NCBI GenBank assembly: GCA_050253075.1
Contig: JBFWJS010000006.1
Coordinates: forward strand, 64,001-128,000
Source of the DNA: Deferribacterales bacterium
Lineage (GTDB): Bacteria > Chrysiogenota > Deferribacteres > Deferribacterales > Geovibrionaceae
DNA: 64,000 nucleotides
Direction of reading: 5' to 3'
The position numbers and the translations under genes are program-made. Shown here one piece after another: positions 10,122 through 19,590 of this stretch (position 1 is its first letter; each line of letters begins with the position of its first letter). Below the pieces are notes generated by a model. The model made no database searches, was not told the DNA's origin, and worked only from the letters and a program-made list of their open reading frames with translations.

Positions 10122-10699
10122 TAGCCATTCCACCTTTCTATCTGCTTATAAAGCTCGTTCTCAGGGTACTTTTCTTTAAACTCGGCGATGAGTTTATCCT
10201 TCTCTGCGCCTTCCGCTGCGAGACAGGCTCTGTAGTACCAGAGAGCTGTCATTTTACCTGACTGGATGTACTGTTCGGCATTCACTTCGCCGAGACCTGT
10301 GTCAAATTTGAGTCCTGCTGCGAGCTCTGCATAGTCTCCGCTAACGCTGGCGAGAGGTGCTTTCGCAGCATCGGTATTTTCGCCTACAACGAGTATTTCC
10401 GCTGCTTTAAGGTTTACATAGTCTGCGAGCTTAGGATAGTCCACAGCTATTGTAAGGTAGTTATCAAGGTGCTGTTTTTCTCCGCCTGACATGGTCATAA
10501 GGAGCTCAAGCTGTCCGGCCTTGTTGGCCATTGCACCGCTTCTGGATTTGTTCATAGTATTGAAAGCGTATACGGCGAGGAAAACCACGAGTATCACGGC
10601 GAGTCCGCCGAGCAGTTTTTTAGAGTTTGTTGCCAGAAACTGATCCAGCTTATCTACTGCTTCTTCTTCGATCGGTTGTTGTTTTTTTCTTTTGCTCAC
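10121..10699 (-). CDS. Single-TM helical protein, possibly YfgM/TPR-like
   Basis: Short cytoplasmic N-terminus, one TM, helical C-domain; GTG start with GGAGG; family assignment is tentative. Confidence 0.6.
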   Translation of the reverse strand: MSKRKKQQPIEEEAVDKLDQFLATNSKKLLGGLAVILVVFLAVYAFNTMNKSRSGAMANKAGQLELLMTMSGGEKQHLDNYLTIAVDYPKLADYVNLKAAEILVVGENTDAAKAPLASVSGDYAELAAGLKFDTGLGEVNAEQYIQSGKMTALWYYRACLAAEGAEKDKLIAEFKEKYPENELYKQIERWNG

Positions 10700-11365
10700 T
10701 TAAGCCTCCAGAGAATTAATAAATATTTTCTTATTATTTTCAAAAACTTTTGCTATCTGCTCGGCCGAAAGCCCCGCACCTGCGAGTATCTTTTCAGCCA
10801 TAGACGCACTCACCCTGTCGCCGGGTGCGTGGTAGTCATTATTTATCACAAGCTCGCCTCCGAGCTCTAAGACCCTTTTAACAACGTGTCCGTTCGTGAT
10901 GCTGTGCCCTTTGCGGGTGGTAACTTCGAAGAACACGCCTTTCTCGATGCCTTTTTTGATGACATCGTCTGTCACAAGCCCCGGATGGGCAAGGATGTCC
11001 ACGCCTGCCTCAACGGCTGCGAGGTTTGTACCCTCTTCCACGGGTTCGACTATTGTCTCACCGTGGACGACGATTATATCTGCTCCTGCGGCTCTCGCCT
11101 TTTCTGTCAGCGGTGCTATCTGTGACGGGCGCACATGTGTGAGCTCCAGCCCTACGATAACTTTAAAGTCGCTGCTTTCGGCATTGAACTGCTCTTTGAA
11201 CCTGAGCTGATTTTCCAGAATATGCATATAGTTGGACTCGTCCGCATGGTCTGTGAAGGCCATGCCTGCGTATCCGTCTATGCGGGCTCTTCTGGCTGAT
11301 TCAGCAGGGATAAGCACACCGTCGCTGAATGTCGTGTGGGTGTGCAGATCATACATAGTTATCAT
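10700..11365 (-). CDS. PHP-domain protein (histidinol-phosphatase-like)
   Basis: YDLHTHTTFSDG, FTDHAD, ELTHV, VHGET, ILAHPG, NNDYH. Confidence 0.88.
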   Translation of the reverse strand: MITMYDLHTHTTFSDGVLIPAESARRARIDGYAGMAFTDHADESNYMHILENQLRFKEQFNAESSDFKVIVGLELTHVRPSQIAPLTEKARAAGADIIVVHGETIVEPVEEGTNLAAVEAGVDILAHPGLVTDDVIKKGIEKGVFFEVTTRKGHSITNGHVVKRVLELGGELVINNDYHAPGDRVSASMAEKILAGAGLSAEQIAKVFENNKKIFINSLEA

Positions 11366-12051
11366 TTGATCACCCTTCTGCTTGTTTCAAGGAAACCTTT
11401 TATAATGCCCATGACCTCTCCCGGTGTGTCCACCAGATGGAGATAGTTCATATCAGACTCGTTAATATATCCCTCTTCGAGCATTCTGGCACGTATCCAG
11501 TCTACCATTCCGCCCCAGTACTCTGTACCGACGAGGATAGTAGGGAAAGGCAGTATCTTGCCTGTCTGGATGAGCGTGATAGCTTCGAAAAGCTCGTCCA
11601 TTGTCCCGAAACCGCCGGGCAGGATGACGAATGCGTTTGCGTATTTGACAAGCATCACCTTACGCACAAAGAAATAATCGAATGTGACGGATTTGTTCAC
11701 ATACGGGTTTGGGTGCTGCTCAAAGGGGAGCTGAATATTAAGACCGACGGATGTACCGCCCGCTTCAAATGCGCCTCTGTTGGCTGCTTCCATAATGCCG
11801 GGGCCTCCGCCTGTCATAACGGTGATACCGTCCTCGGCGAGCATTCTGCCTATCTTTCTGGCAAGCTCATAGTTATTATCTGTTTCCTTCACTCTTGCCG
11901 AGCCGAAAACTGTGACGGCAGGGTCTATCTTAGAGAGCTTTTCAAAGCCTTCTACGAATTCTGCCAGTATTTTAAAGATACGCCACGTATCCCCGACCTT
12001 CATATCGTCGATGAGATACTCCATATCATCTCTGTCGAAACAATCTCCCAT
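11362..12051 (-). CDS. LOG family nucleotide monophosphate nucleosidase (TIGR00730 type)
   Basis: VFGSAR, TGGGPGIMEAANRGA, FFVRK, PGGFGTMDELFE. Confidence 0.92.
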   Translation of the reverse strand: MGDCFDRDDMEYLIDDMKVGDTWRIFKILAEFVEGFEKLSKIDPAVTVFGSARVKETDNNYELARKIGRMLAEDGITVMTGGGPGIMEAANRGAFEAGGTSVGLNIQLPFEQHPNPYVNKSVTFDYFFVRKVMLVKYANAFVILPGGFGTMDELFEAITLIQTGKILPFPTILVGTEYWGGMVDWIRARMLEEGYINESDMNYLHLVDTPGEVMGIIKGFLETSRRVIK

Positions 12052-12079
12052 GCATACCTCGCATCAGTTAGAATTGATT

Positions 12080-12108
12080 AAGATACACAAAATACTGCCA
12101 ATTTTCAA
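12080..12108 (-). promoter_or_regulatory. Putative sigma-70 promoter for the LOG-to-rimP run
   Basis: TTGAAA-N17-TATCTT on the minus strand, about 30 nt upstream of the ATG. Confidence 0.45.
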
Positions 12109-12276
12109 GATTCCATTTATCCTTTTATAAAGAATATAATAGTACGTCTGTTAAATCGTTGTATAAGTTCTAATCCTTGTTGACTTTTCTCTGTGAATTT
12201 GATAGTGGTTAGCAAAGAAAATAAATACTTAAAGTGCTAATGACACCTGCGACTGTTTTATGATTTAACTATTTTC

Positions 12277-12305
12277 TTGACAGGATGCCCATAGCACACT
12301 AATTT
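12277..12305 (+). promoter_or_regulatory. Putative sigma-70 promoter giving a leaderless marR mRNA
   Basis: TTGACA-N17-TAATTT, then 6 nt to ATG 12312; no SD. Confidence 0.5.
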
Positions 12306-12311
12306 AGCTAC

Positions 12312-12749
12312 ATGTTAGGATTAGACGACTCATTATTGTTCCTGATCAACAGATCAGCGACACTTACCAGACAACAATTTGAAAGTAAACTCAGACCATT
12401 CGACATCACACCTGCACAATGGGGTGTTCTTATCAGGCTCTCAGAGCAGGATGGACTGAACATGACTGAGCTCGGACAGCTTCTTTACTTCGACAAACCT
12501 ACTACAACAGGCGTTGTGAACAGACTGGTTAAAAAGAAATACGTAAAGAAGGTCAAAAACCGTAAAGACAGAAGGGTTACCCATGTCTTTATCACAGATG
12601 CAGGGAAAGAGGCGCTTAAGCCTATCGAGCCTATCATTGAGGACTACAGAGATAACTTCCTCAAGGGTATCGCTCAGGAAGATTACGACGTCGCAAGAGA
12701 AGTCGTGAAAACCCTGATCAAGAACATTAAGAGCAGCATCAACAGCTAA
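12312..12749 (+). CDS. MarR family transcriptional regulator
   Basis: ITPAQWGVL, wHTH, DRR wing motif, ITDAGKE. Confidence 0.93.
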   Translation: MLGLDDSLLFLINRSATLTRQQFESKLRPFDITPAQWGVLIRLSEQDGLNMTELGQLLYFDKPTTTGVVNRLVKKKYVKKVKNRKDRRVTHVFITDAGKEALKPIEPIIEDYRDNFLKGIAQEDYDVAREVVKTLIKNIKSSINS

Positions 12750-12930
12750 AAATATTTTAGCATCTGCTGAATATTGTTAGTGCTCACACGATTTGCCAAT
12801 ATCTTTATATCTAAAATTTAATGTGCAGTCTTAAAGGATTACACATGTTGCTTTTATGTGGTGGTTGTAAGCCTTGCCCTTTCCACCGTTTCTATTGTAT
12901 TTTATAGATAATAGAAAAAGAGAGGTTCCG

Positions 12931-14190
12931 ATGCGTAAATATATACTGGTCGCCATTGCGGCTTTTGCCGCCGCTCCTCAGGCATTTGCCCTGACGATGG
13001 AAGATGCTGTCAAAACAGCACTGGAAAAGAACTATACGATATTAGCCAGTCAGGAGTCCGTAGAGGCTATGCGATACTCTGAAATGGCTGCGAAAACACC
13101 GTATATGCCGCAGGTAGATGCAGATTATAAATATGCAACCAGCACAGAAAAGGCATACGGCACAGAGGACGAGATAGCCACATTTGAGCTTTCCGCCGTT
13201 TATAATCTTTTCAACGGTTTCAGCGACAGGTTCACTGTGAAAGCGGCAAAGAGCGCATACCTCGCAGAGAAGGACAACGCAAATGCCACAAGGCAGGATA
13301 TTGCCCTCTCCGTTAAGAAAGCATATATAAACGTGCTCTCAGCCATAGACAGCGTTACAGTTGCGGAAAACGCCTATACGCTCCTTGAAAACCAGCTTAA
13401 GGATATCACCCTTTCATATAATGTCGGCTATGTGGCAAAGAACGAAGTGCTTAAGGTCGAAGCCGAGCTCGCATCGAGCAAGCAGGGCGTACTCTCCGCT
13501 AAAAGTGCAGTGAGAACAGCCGTATTCAACCTTGAAAACCTGATGAACGAGGCGATAGCATCCGATGAGGTATTCGCCCCTATTCCCGAATATACAGGCG
13601 GAATGGAAGGATATGAAACCCTCAGGGATGAAATGCTCAAAGCCAGAAGTGAGCTGAAATACCTTAAAAAGCTGATCGACGCAAAGAACTATACCATTAA
13701 ATCAACCAAAGGCGGTTACCTGCCGAAGGTGAATGTCGGCGCCTCGTACTACTCCTACGGCGAAGACATGAACCCGTCCGACAGGGAATACACATACGAC
13801 AACGAGACCGTGATGTATCTGAACGTAAACATGAATCTGTTCGACGGATTTTATAAATACAATACATCCAGATCGCTGACATCCGAAAAGCTGTCCATGA
13901 TGAACACCATGAGAGAAACAAGGTCAAACATGGAGCTTCAGCTTAAGAACGCTCTGGAAAACCTCGACCTCGCAAAAGCAAGCCTAGAGGCAGCGGACAA
14001 AGAACTGACATCGGCTCAGGAAAACTACCGCATCACCCAGAACCAGTTCAAACAGAAGGTCGCCACAAACACCGACCTGATGGATGCACGTGTAATGCTC
14101 ACCAGAGCGGAAAACACATATAACACAGCGAAGTTCAACATACACAGAGCCGTGGCAGACATCGAACGGATCGTTGAAAAAGAACTTTAA
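12931..14190 (+). CDS. TolC/OEP family outer-membrane efflux protein
   Basis: Signal peptide (AFA/LT), two OEP repeats (YNLFNGF, NLFDGF); GAGG before ATG 12931. Confidence 0.9.
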   Translation: MRKYILVAIAAFAAAPQAFALTMEDAVKTALEKNYTILASQESVEAMRYSEMAAKTPYMPQVDADYKYATSTEKAYGTEDEIATFELSAVYNLFNGFSDRFTVKAAKSAYLAEKDNANATRQDIALSVKKAYINVLSAIDSVTVAENAYTLLENQLKDITLSYNVGYVAKNEVLKVEAELASSKQGVLSAKSAVRTAVFNLENLMNEAIASDEVFAPIPEYTGGMEGYETLRDEMLKARSELKYLKKLIDAKNYTIKSTKGGYLPKVNVGASYYSYGEDMNPSDREYTYDNETVMYLNVNMNLFDGFYKYNTSRSLTSEKLSMMNTMRETRSNMELQLKNALENLDLAKASLEAADKELTSAQENYRITQNQFKQKVATNTDLMDARVMLTRAENTYNTAKFNIHRAVADIERIVEKEL

Positions 14191-14197
14191 GAAAAGT

Positions 14198-14234
14198 AAA
14201 TCCCCGCTGCCTGAACGGTAACGGGGATTTTTTT
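14198..14234 (+). terminator. Intrinsic, likely bidirectional terminator between tolC and the MCP
   Basis: AAATCCCCG..CGGGGATTT followed by a T-run, between convergent genes. Confidence 0.8.
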
Positions 14235-14235
14235 A

Positions 14236-15915
14236 TTATGATATTTTGAATTTATCCACCAGATTCTTCAGCTCGTCCGCCTGAACCTGCAGGTCTGATA
14301 TTGTCTTAGACACATCATTCACAGCCTCGGAGCTCTGATCCATACCAGCGGATATGGTCTGTGCGCTCTCGTTTATGCTGTGTATGGCGACGGTCTGCTC
14401 ACCTACGGATGTTCCTATCAGGTTGTTCACCGTGGACACCTTATCTACGGACTCTACGATGCTTTCGAAAACTTCCGTTGTCTTTGATATGACAGCCATG
14501 CCGTTTTCAACCTTATCCTTCGCCGCTGCCATGCCTGTGGAGGCCATCTTAGTCTCTTTCTGCAGGTTGCCTATGATGGATGTGATCTCACCTGTGGACT
14601 GCTGTGTCCTCTCTGCCAGCTTGCGCACTTCGTCGGCAACAACGGCAAATCCACGTCCGTGATCCCCTGCTCTGGCGGCCTCTATGGCGGCATTAAGTGC
14701 GAGAAGGTTTGTCTGGTCGGCAATGTCAGTTATGACACCGAGGATGTTCTCTATCTCTCCGGATGATTCGAGCAGTCGCTTAACTATCTCGGCTAGGGAT
14801 TCGATATTATCTTTTATCTCGCCCATCTCTGCCACAGCCTGATTAAGCTGCTTTGTGCCAGCCTGTGTCATGCTGTGCGTTTCTGCCATTGCAGACTGGC
14901 TCTCGCTCACGGAGTTTGACACTTCGCTTGCGGATACGCTCATCTCCTCTGTGGCTGATGCCACTCCTGTGAGCTGTGCCGACTGGTCGCTGAGCGTTGT
15001 CGCTAGCTCTTCCGATGATGCAGCAAGCTGTGCCGACCCGCTGGCAACATTCATAGCGTTCTCTTTCACAGTGGCTATGATGTTATTCATATTAGACATG
15101 AATGCGTTGAAATACCTGCAAAGATCGCCTATCTCATCACTGAAATGAGCATCAAGACGCCTTGTGAGGTCGCCCTCGCCCTCTGCCAGCTCGTTAAGGG
15201 AGCTTGATACGTTCTTGATATTTTTGGATATCCTGTTTGCTACGTAAGTGCTGAGTGCAAGGATAATGCTGAGACCGATAACCGACACAATCACAAAGGC
15301 TGTGATGATACCGATAATCTCATGTCTGGTATTTTCTCTGATGTGGGCTATCTCTCTGTCTATGTCGTCGATGTAAAAGCCGACACCTATAAGTAGCTCA
15401 AAGCCGGGGATTTTCTCTATGCACGCCAGCTTCTTTTCGACAGTCTTGGTGGAAGGCTTATCCCACAGATATGTGAGGAAGCCGCCGCCGTTTTTAGCCA
15501 GCTTCACCATCTCTCGCAGCAGGTAAAGCCCGTTCTTATCCTGTGTGTCCCACAGGCTTTTGCCTATCAGCTTCGGGTTAGGAGGCATTACGACCGCCAC
15601 GGCGTTCATATCGTAAATGAAAAAGTAGCCGTCGGTACCGAATGTCATCTGGTTTATAGTGTGACGCATTATCTCCACGGCACCGGGAGAGTCTGCACCG
15701 CGGCTCGTTATGTCTTTGATAGAGTCCAGACCGAGCTCTATATAGTTCTTTAATTCTGCCTGTTTCAGCGCCATGAGGTTCGCTTCGACCTTCTTAATAC
15801 TGTTGTCGCCCATAGCCTTTACTTTGCTGACGGAGTAAAACGCTAAAAGCACAGTTAAAATAAGTACAGGGACAAAACTGATGAGAAATATTTTGGATTT
15901 TATTGTCAAACGCAT
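14236..15915 (-). CDS. Methyl-accepting chemotaxis protein with single Cache sensor domain
   Basis: TM-Cache (GYFFIYD..YLWDKP..GFYIDD)-[37 protein letters not shown]. Confidence 0.95.
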   Translation of the reverse strand: MRLTIKSKIFLISFVPVLILTVLLAFYSVSKVKAMGDNSIKKVEANLMALKQAELKNYIELGLDSIKDITSRGADSPGAVEIMRHTINQMTFGTDGYFFIYDMNAVAVVMPPNPKLIGKSLWDTQDKNGLYLLREMVKLAKNGGGFLTYLWDKPSTKTVEKKLACIEKIPGFELLIGVGFYIDDIDREIAHIRENTRHEIIGIITAFVIVSVIGLSIILALSTYVANRISKNIKNVSSSLNELAEGEGDLTRRLDAHFSDEIGDLCRYFNAFMSNMNNIIATVKENAMNVASGSAQLAASSEELATTLSDQSAQLTGVASATEEMSVSASEVSNSVSESQSAMAETHSMTQAGTKQLNQAVAEMGEIKDNIESLAEIVKRLLESSGEIENILGVITDIADQTNLLALNAAIEAARAGDHGRGFAVVADEVRKLAERTQQSTGEITSIIGNLQKETKMASTGMAAAKDKVENGMAVISKTTEVFESIVESVDKVSTVNNLIGTSVGEQTVAIHSINESAQTISAGMDQSSEAVNDVSKTISDLQVQADELKNLVDKFKIS

Positions 15916-16109
15916 TACACACCTCTACTCTATGGTAATGTTCATATTGCCATAAACATAGTATAACGCAATTTGAGTATAATGCTTGTTAACTTCGGAA
16001 TAAATAATCAGAAGTAGACATTAATTTAGTTATTCTTTAACAAATAATTGCAAAATAATGCCTAAGTTAACTAAACAGTAAAAAATCCAACCCGAAAACA
16101 GTTATCTTT

Positions 16110-17180
16110 TTATACACCTTCTCGTTTCAGAATCTGTTTCACTTCTTCGGGATAAATAGCTCTGTTTATTGCTTCTTCTTTAGATATGAGTCCGCTTTTG
16201 AAAGCCTCTATGAGAGACTGGCTCATGGTCTGCATGCCGTGTTCGCCCTGTCCTGTCTGCATAGATCCGTAAACCTGATGCAGTTTGTCTTCTCTTATAA
16301 GGTTTCTTATGGCGGATGTAGGTATCAGCACCTCACACACCATCACACGGCCCTTGCCGTCTTTGGTCTGTACAAGCTGCTGAGAGATGACCCCTTCGAG
16401 TACAAATGAGAGCTGTGCCCTTATCTGCGGCTGCTGATGGGGAGGGAAAACGTCTATGATCCGGTTTATGGTCTGTACGGCGCTGTTTGTGTGCAGGGTA
16501 CCCATACACAGGTGTCCTGTTTCTGCAACGGTCAGAGCCGCTTCTATGGTCTCTATATCACGCATTTCGCCTATGAGGCATACGTCAGGGTCCTGTCTTA
16601 AAAGGTATTTAAGGGCAGTTTTGAAAGACTTTGTATCTGCATTCAGCTCACGCTGGTTAACAGTCGCCATCTTGTGCTGATGCACGAATTCTATAGGGTC
16701 TTCTATGGTAACGATGTGTACGGGTTCTTCGGAGTTTATCTTGTCTATCATAGCGGCGAGAGTGCTCGACTTACCGCTTCCCGTAGGGCCGGTCACAAGC
16801 ACGAGGCCGCGTGGCTTTTTACAAAGCTCCTGTACCACAGGCGGTACGTTCAGCTTGTCGAAACCGCGTATTTCGTAAGGAATGATACGGAAAGCAGCAG
16901 CAACCGCTCCCCTCTGCATAAAGACATTCACTCTGAAACGGCTGACATTTTTTATGCCGAAAGAGAGATCAAGCTCCCAGTCCTCTTCAAAGCGTTTCTT
17001 CTGTGCTTCGTTCAGTATGCTGTAGACTATGGCACGGGTGTCCGTACCTGTCATGGGCTCGCCCTCCATGCGGACGAGGTCGCCGTTTATCCTGAACACA
17101 GGCGCTGTGCCAGCTGTTATATGAAGGTCGCTTGCGCCTTTTTCAACCATACCTGCAAGCAGTTCCTGTAAACTATACAT
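16110..17180 (-). CDS. pilT: Type IV pilus retraction ATPase
   Basis: ASDLH, GPTGSGKS, TIEDPIE, LRQDPD, ETGHL, AIRNLIRE motif. Confidence 0.96.
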   Translation of the reverse strand: MYSLQELLAGMVEKGASDLHITAGTAPVFRINGDLVRMEGEPMTGTDTRAIVYSILNEAQKKRFEEDWELDLSFGIKNVSRFRVNVFMQRGAVAAAFRIIPYEIRGFDKLNVPPVVQELCKKPRGLVLVTGPTGSGKSSTLAAMIDKINSEEPVHIVTIEDPIEFVHQHKMATVNQRELNADTKSFKTALKYLLRQDPDVCLIGEMRDIETIEAALTVAETGHLCMGTLHTNSAVQTINRIIDVFPPHQQPQIRAQLSFVLEGVISQQLVQTKDGKGRVMVCEVLIPTSAIRNLIREDKLHQVYGSMQTGQGEHGMQTMSQSLIEAFKSGLISKEEAINRAIYPEEVKQILKREGV

Positions 17181-17190
17181 ACCAGACTCC

Positions 17191-17994
17191 TTAGGAAAGA
17201 CCGAGTTCCCCGGCTATGGACTCCACAGAGAATTCAGGGTATATCCCCGTCCAAATCTCAAACGCCTTAGCCGCCTGATAAACCAGCATAGGAAAGCCGT
17301 CTAGCTTCCCGCAGTTGTTCATAGCAGTTAGGAAAGGCGTGAGCCCTTTTTTATACTGAAGATCAACGGCAGCTCCCCTGCATGAGACCCTGCCCATATC
17401 GGGGAAAAGCCCGTCCTCCAGTCCTATCGACGTGCCGTTGATGACATAGTCGAATTCACTGTCACCCTTTATAAAATTATAATCCTGCAAATCTGCGTTG
17501 TCAAAGCTCATACTTTTCAGCACGGCTTCAGCCTTATCCAGACTGCGGTTTACAACAGTCAGCTTAACGCCGTATTTCTTTAATACATAAAGCACGGCCA
17601 TTGATGCACCGCCGCATCCGAGCAGGAGTACGTCTTTACCTTTCAGATCGTATCCAGCATCCAGCACCATACGCTCAAAGCCCTCTGCGTCTGTGTTAAA
17701 CCCTTCGATGGTCTCGCCGAATCTGACAGTGTTCACGGCTCCGATAGCCTCGGCAACTGGGTCTATGCGGTCGAGCAGTTCTAGTACGTTCTGTTTATGC
17801 GGTACTGTCACATTTATCCCTTTAAAGGAATACCTGCGCAGGGTTTTGAATGTTTCTTTCAGTTCCTCGCCGTCGCCGGTCTCAAAACAGCAGAAACCGC
17901 CGTTCAGACCCGTATTTTTGAGAAATCTGGTCTGTATAAAAGGCGAAAATGTGTGTTTGAGGGGCTGTCCTATCAGGCCGAGGTTTGTAAACAT
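17191..17994 (-). CDS. aroE: Shikimate dehydrogenase
   Basis: HTFSP, NVTVPHK, GAVNT, NTD, GCGGA, MLVYQA. Confidence 0.93.
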   Translation of the reverse strand: MFTNLGLIGQPLKHTFSPFIQTRFLKNTGLNGGFCCFETGDGEELKETFKTLRRYSFKGINVTVPHKQNVLELLDRIDPVAEAIGAVNTVRFGETIEGFNTDAEGFERMVLDAGYDLKGKDVLLLGCGGASMAVLYVLKKYGVKLTVVNRSLDKAEAVLKSMSFDNADLQDYNFIKGDSEFDYVINGTSIGLEDGLFPDMGRVSCRGAAVDLQYKKGLTPFLTAMNNCGKLDGFPMLVYQAAKAFEIWTGIYPEFSVESIAGELGLS

Positions 17995-18660
17995 CTATTT
18001 ATCCTTCTTTTTTCCGTTCAGCTTTGGCTGGTTGGTTTTATCAAACGGCTCCACAAGCCCTGCTGAGATGATGAACTTTATACCGTCTTCGATAGCTATG
18101 CCCGGGTCTATGACGTCCTTTTTAGGCACTATGAGGATGAAGCCCGATGTAGGGTTCGGAGTGGTTGGGATGAATATATTAACGCAAACCTCTCCTGTCG
18201 CCTTGTTAACGAATTCAGACGAATCCTTTGTCACAAAGCCGAAGCTGTAAAGACCGGCTCTGGGGTATTCTATCATCACCACCTTTTTAAAGCTCGATCC
18301 GCTGGTGGTCTGGAATGCGTCGACGATCTGCCTTATCGAGGAGTATACGCTGCGCACGATAGGGATGTTCTCCGCAATGGATTCTATCAGTCTGAGGAAT
18401 TGTCTGCCGATGAAGTTTCTGGCGAACAGACCTATGAATATCAGTGCCAGCACTATGATAGAGAATGATATTATATTCTGTACATAAAGCGGGATCACTA
18501 TATGGAATTTAAGCATAACCATCTCAAGATACGGCTGAACGAATCCTGAGAACTTTTTGAATATGAAAGTCACGAACCAATAGGTGACAGCAAGTGGAAG
18601 TGTCGCGAGAACACCCGCTATCATAGCCCTCTGTAGAAAAATTCTGAACCTAGCGAGCAT
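17995..18660 (-). CDS. DUF502 membrane protein
   Basis: IPIVRSVY, EYPR, FIPTTPNPTSG, IISAG. Confidence 0.9.
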   Translation of the reverse strand: MLARFRIFLQRAMIAGVLATLPLAVTYWFVTFIFKKFSGFVQPYLEMVMLKFHIVIPLYVQNIISFSIIVLALIFIGLFARNFIGRQFLRLIESIAENIPIVRSVYSSIRQIVDAFQTTSGSSFKKVVMIEYPRAGLYSFGFVTKDSSEFVNKATGEVCVNIFIPTTPNPTSGFILIVPKKDVIDPGIAIEDGIKFIISAGLVEPFDKTNQPKLNGKKKDK

Positions 18661-18677
18661 GTAAGCCCTCCGATGTT

Positions 18678-19589
18678 TTAGCTATGTTTGAATAATTGAC
18701 GCTCAAGGAGCCTGTCGTATCCGCTCCAGCCCTTCTCCAGCCCTTCTTTCTCGAATATGGAGCTGAAAGTATTCAGCTTCGCATCCATATCGTCCAGATG
18801 GTGCAGGATAAACGCTTCGGGCGTCTTAGGTTTTTTAGGAGATCCATACTCCAGAAATCCGTGGTGGCTGAGTATCAGGTGTGTGAGCAGGTTTTTGGTC
18901 TCTTCCGGGAAGCCCTCTATGCCTGATATATACCTGTTCATTATCTCCACGCCGAGTATAAGGTGTCCGAGCAGTTTACCGCTGTCTGTGTATTCCAGCC
19001 CTGCTCCAGCCTTCATTTCTTTTGTCTTGCCCATGTCGTGGAAAAGCACTCCGAGCACAAGGTGCTCTTTGTTCACCATATCTGCGTAATGGTCTGCTAT
19101 CATCACGGCCATCTTCATTATGCTGAGCGTATGCTCCAGCAGTCCCGAGAGATATGCGTGATGCACAGATTTAGCCGCAGGGAGCTTTTTAAACAGCTCC
19201 ACGCACTCTTCGTCACTGAGGAATGCGTCCACCAGTTTAACAAGGTGTTCGTCGTGGATATTATCTATAAGGAGTGCGGAGAATTCTTCGAACATAACAT
19301 CCGCATCCAGTCCTTTCTTTTTAGGTAAAAACTCTGAAGGGTCAGCCTCGGGCAGCAGCTTCATGCCGTTTATCTTAAGCTGTTCCTGTCCTGCATATGT
19401 CTGGATAATGCCTATAGCCTCGACTATCTGTCCGTTTTCAGGCTCAAAGTCGAGCTTGTCGCTTTCAAACATGATGCCGTTTCGGCGGTTGCCCTCTCTG
19501 TCGCACATGATGGTACGCAGATAGTCCTTTCCGTCTTTTGTCTTACTCTTTATCATGTCTGTCAGCATGTATTTAACAGGTATTTCCAA
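18678..19589 (-). CDS. yhaM: YhaM/Cbf1-type 3'-5' exoribonuclease (OB fold + HD)
   Basis: PAAKSVHHA..GLLEHT, FHDMGK, GHL, SHHG..EYGSP, DDMDAK. Confidence 0.88.
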   Translation of the reverse strand: MEIPVKYMLTDMIKSKTKDGKDYLRTIMCDREGNRRNGIMFESDKLDFEPENGQIVEAIGIIQTYAGQEQLKINGMKLLPEADPSEFLPKKKGLDADVMFEEFSALLIDNIHDEHLVKLVDAFLSDEECVELFKKLPAAKSVHHAYLSGLLEHTLSIMKMAVMIADHYADMVNKEHLVLGVLFHDMGKTKEMKAGAGLEYTDSGKLLGHLILGVEIMNRYISGIEGFPEETKNLLTHLILSHHGFLEYGSPKKPKTPEAFILHHLDDMDAKLNTFSSIFEKEGLEKGWSGYDRLLERQLFKHS

Positions 19590-19590
19590 C

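Noticed and set aside
12085..12102. Sigma-54 promoter-like TTGGCAGTATTTTGTG upstream of the LOG gene
   Set aside because: The GG-N10-GC spacing is not met and the -12 GC is absent; a sigma-70 reading fits better
15916..16109. AT-rich spacer between pilT and the first MCP as an sRNA or sigma-28 promoter
   Set aside because: No stable stem and no convincing consensus match
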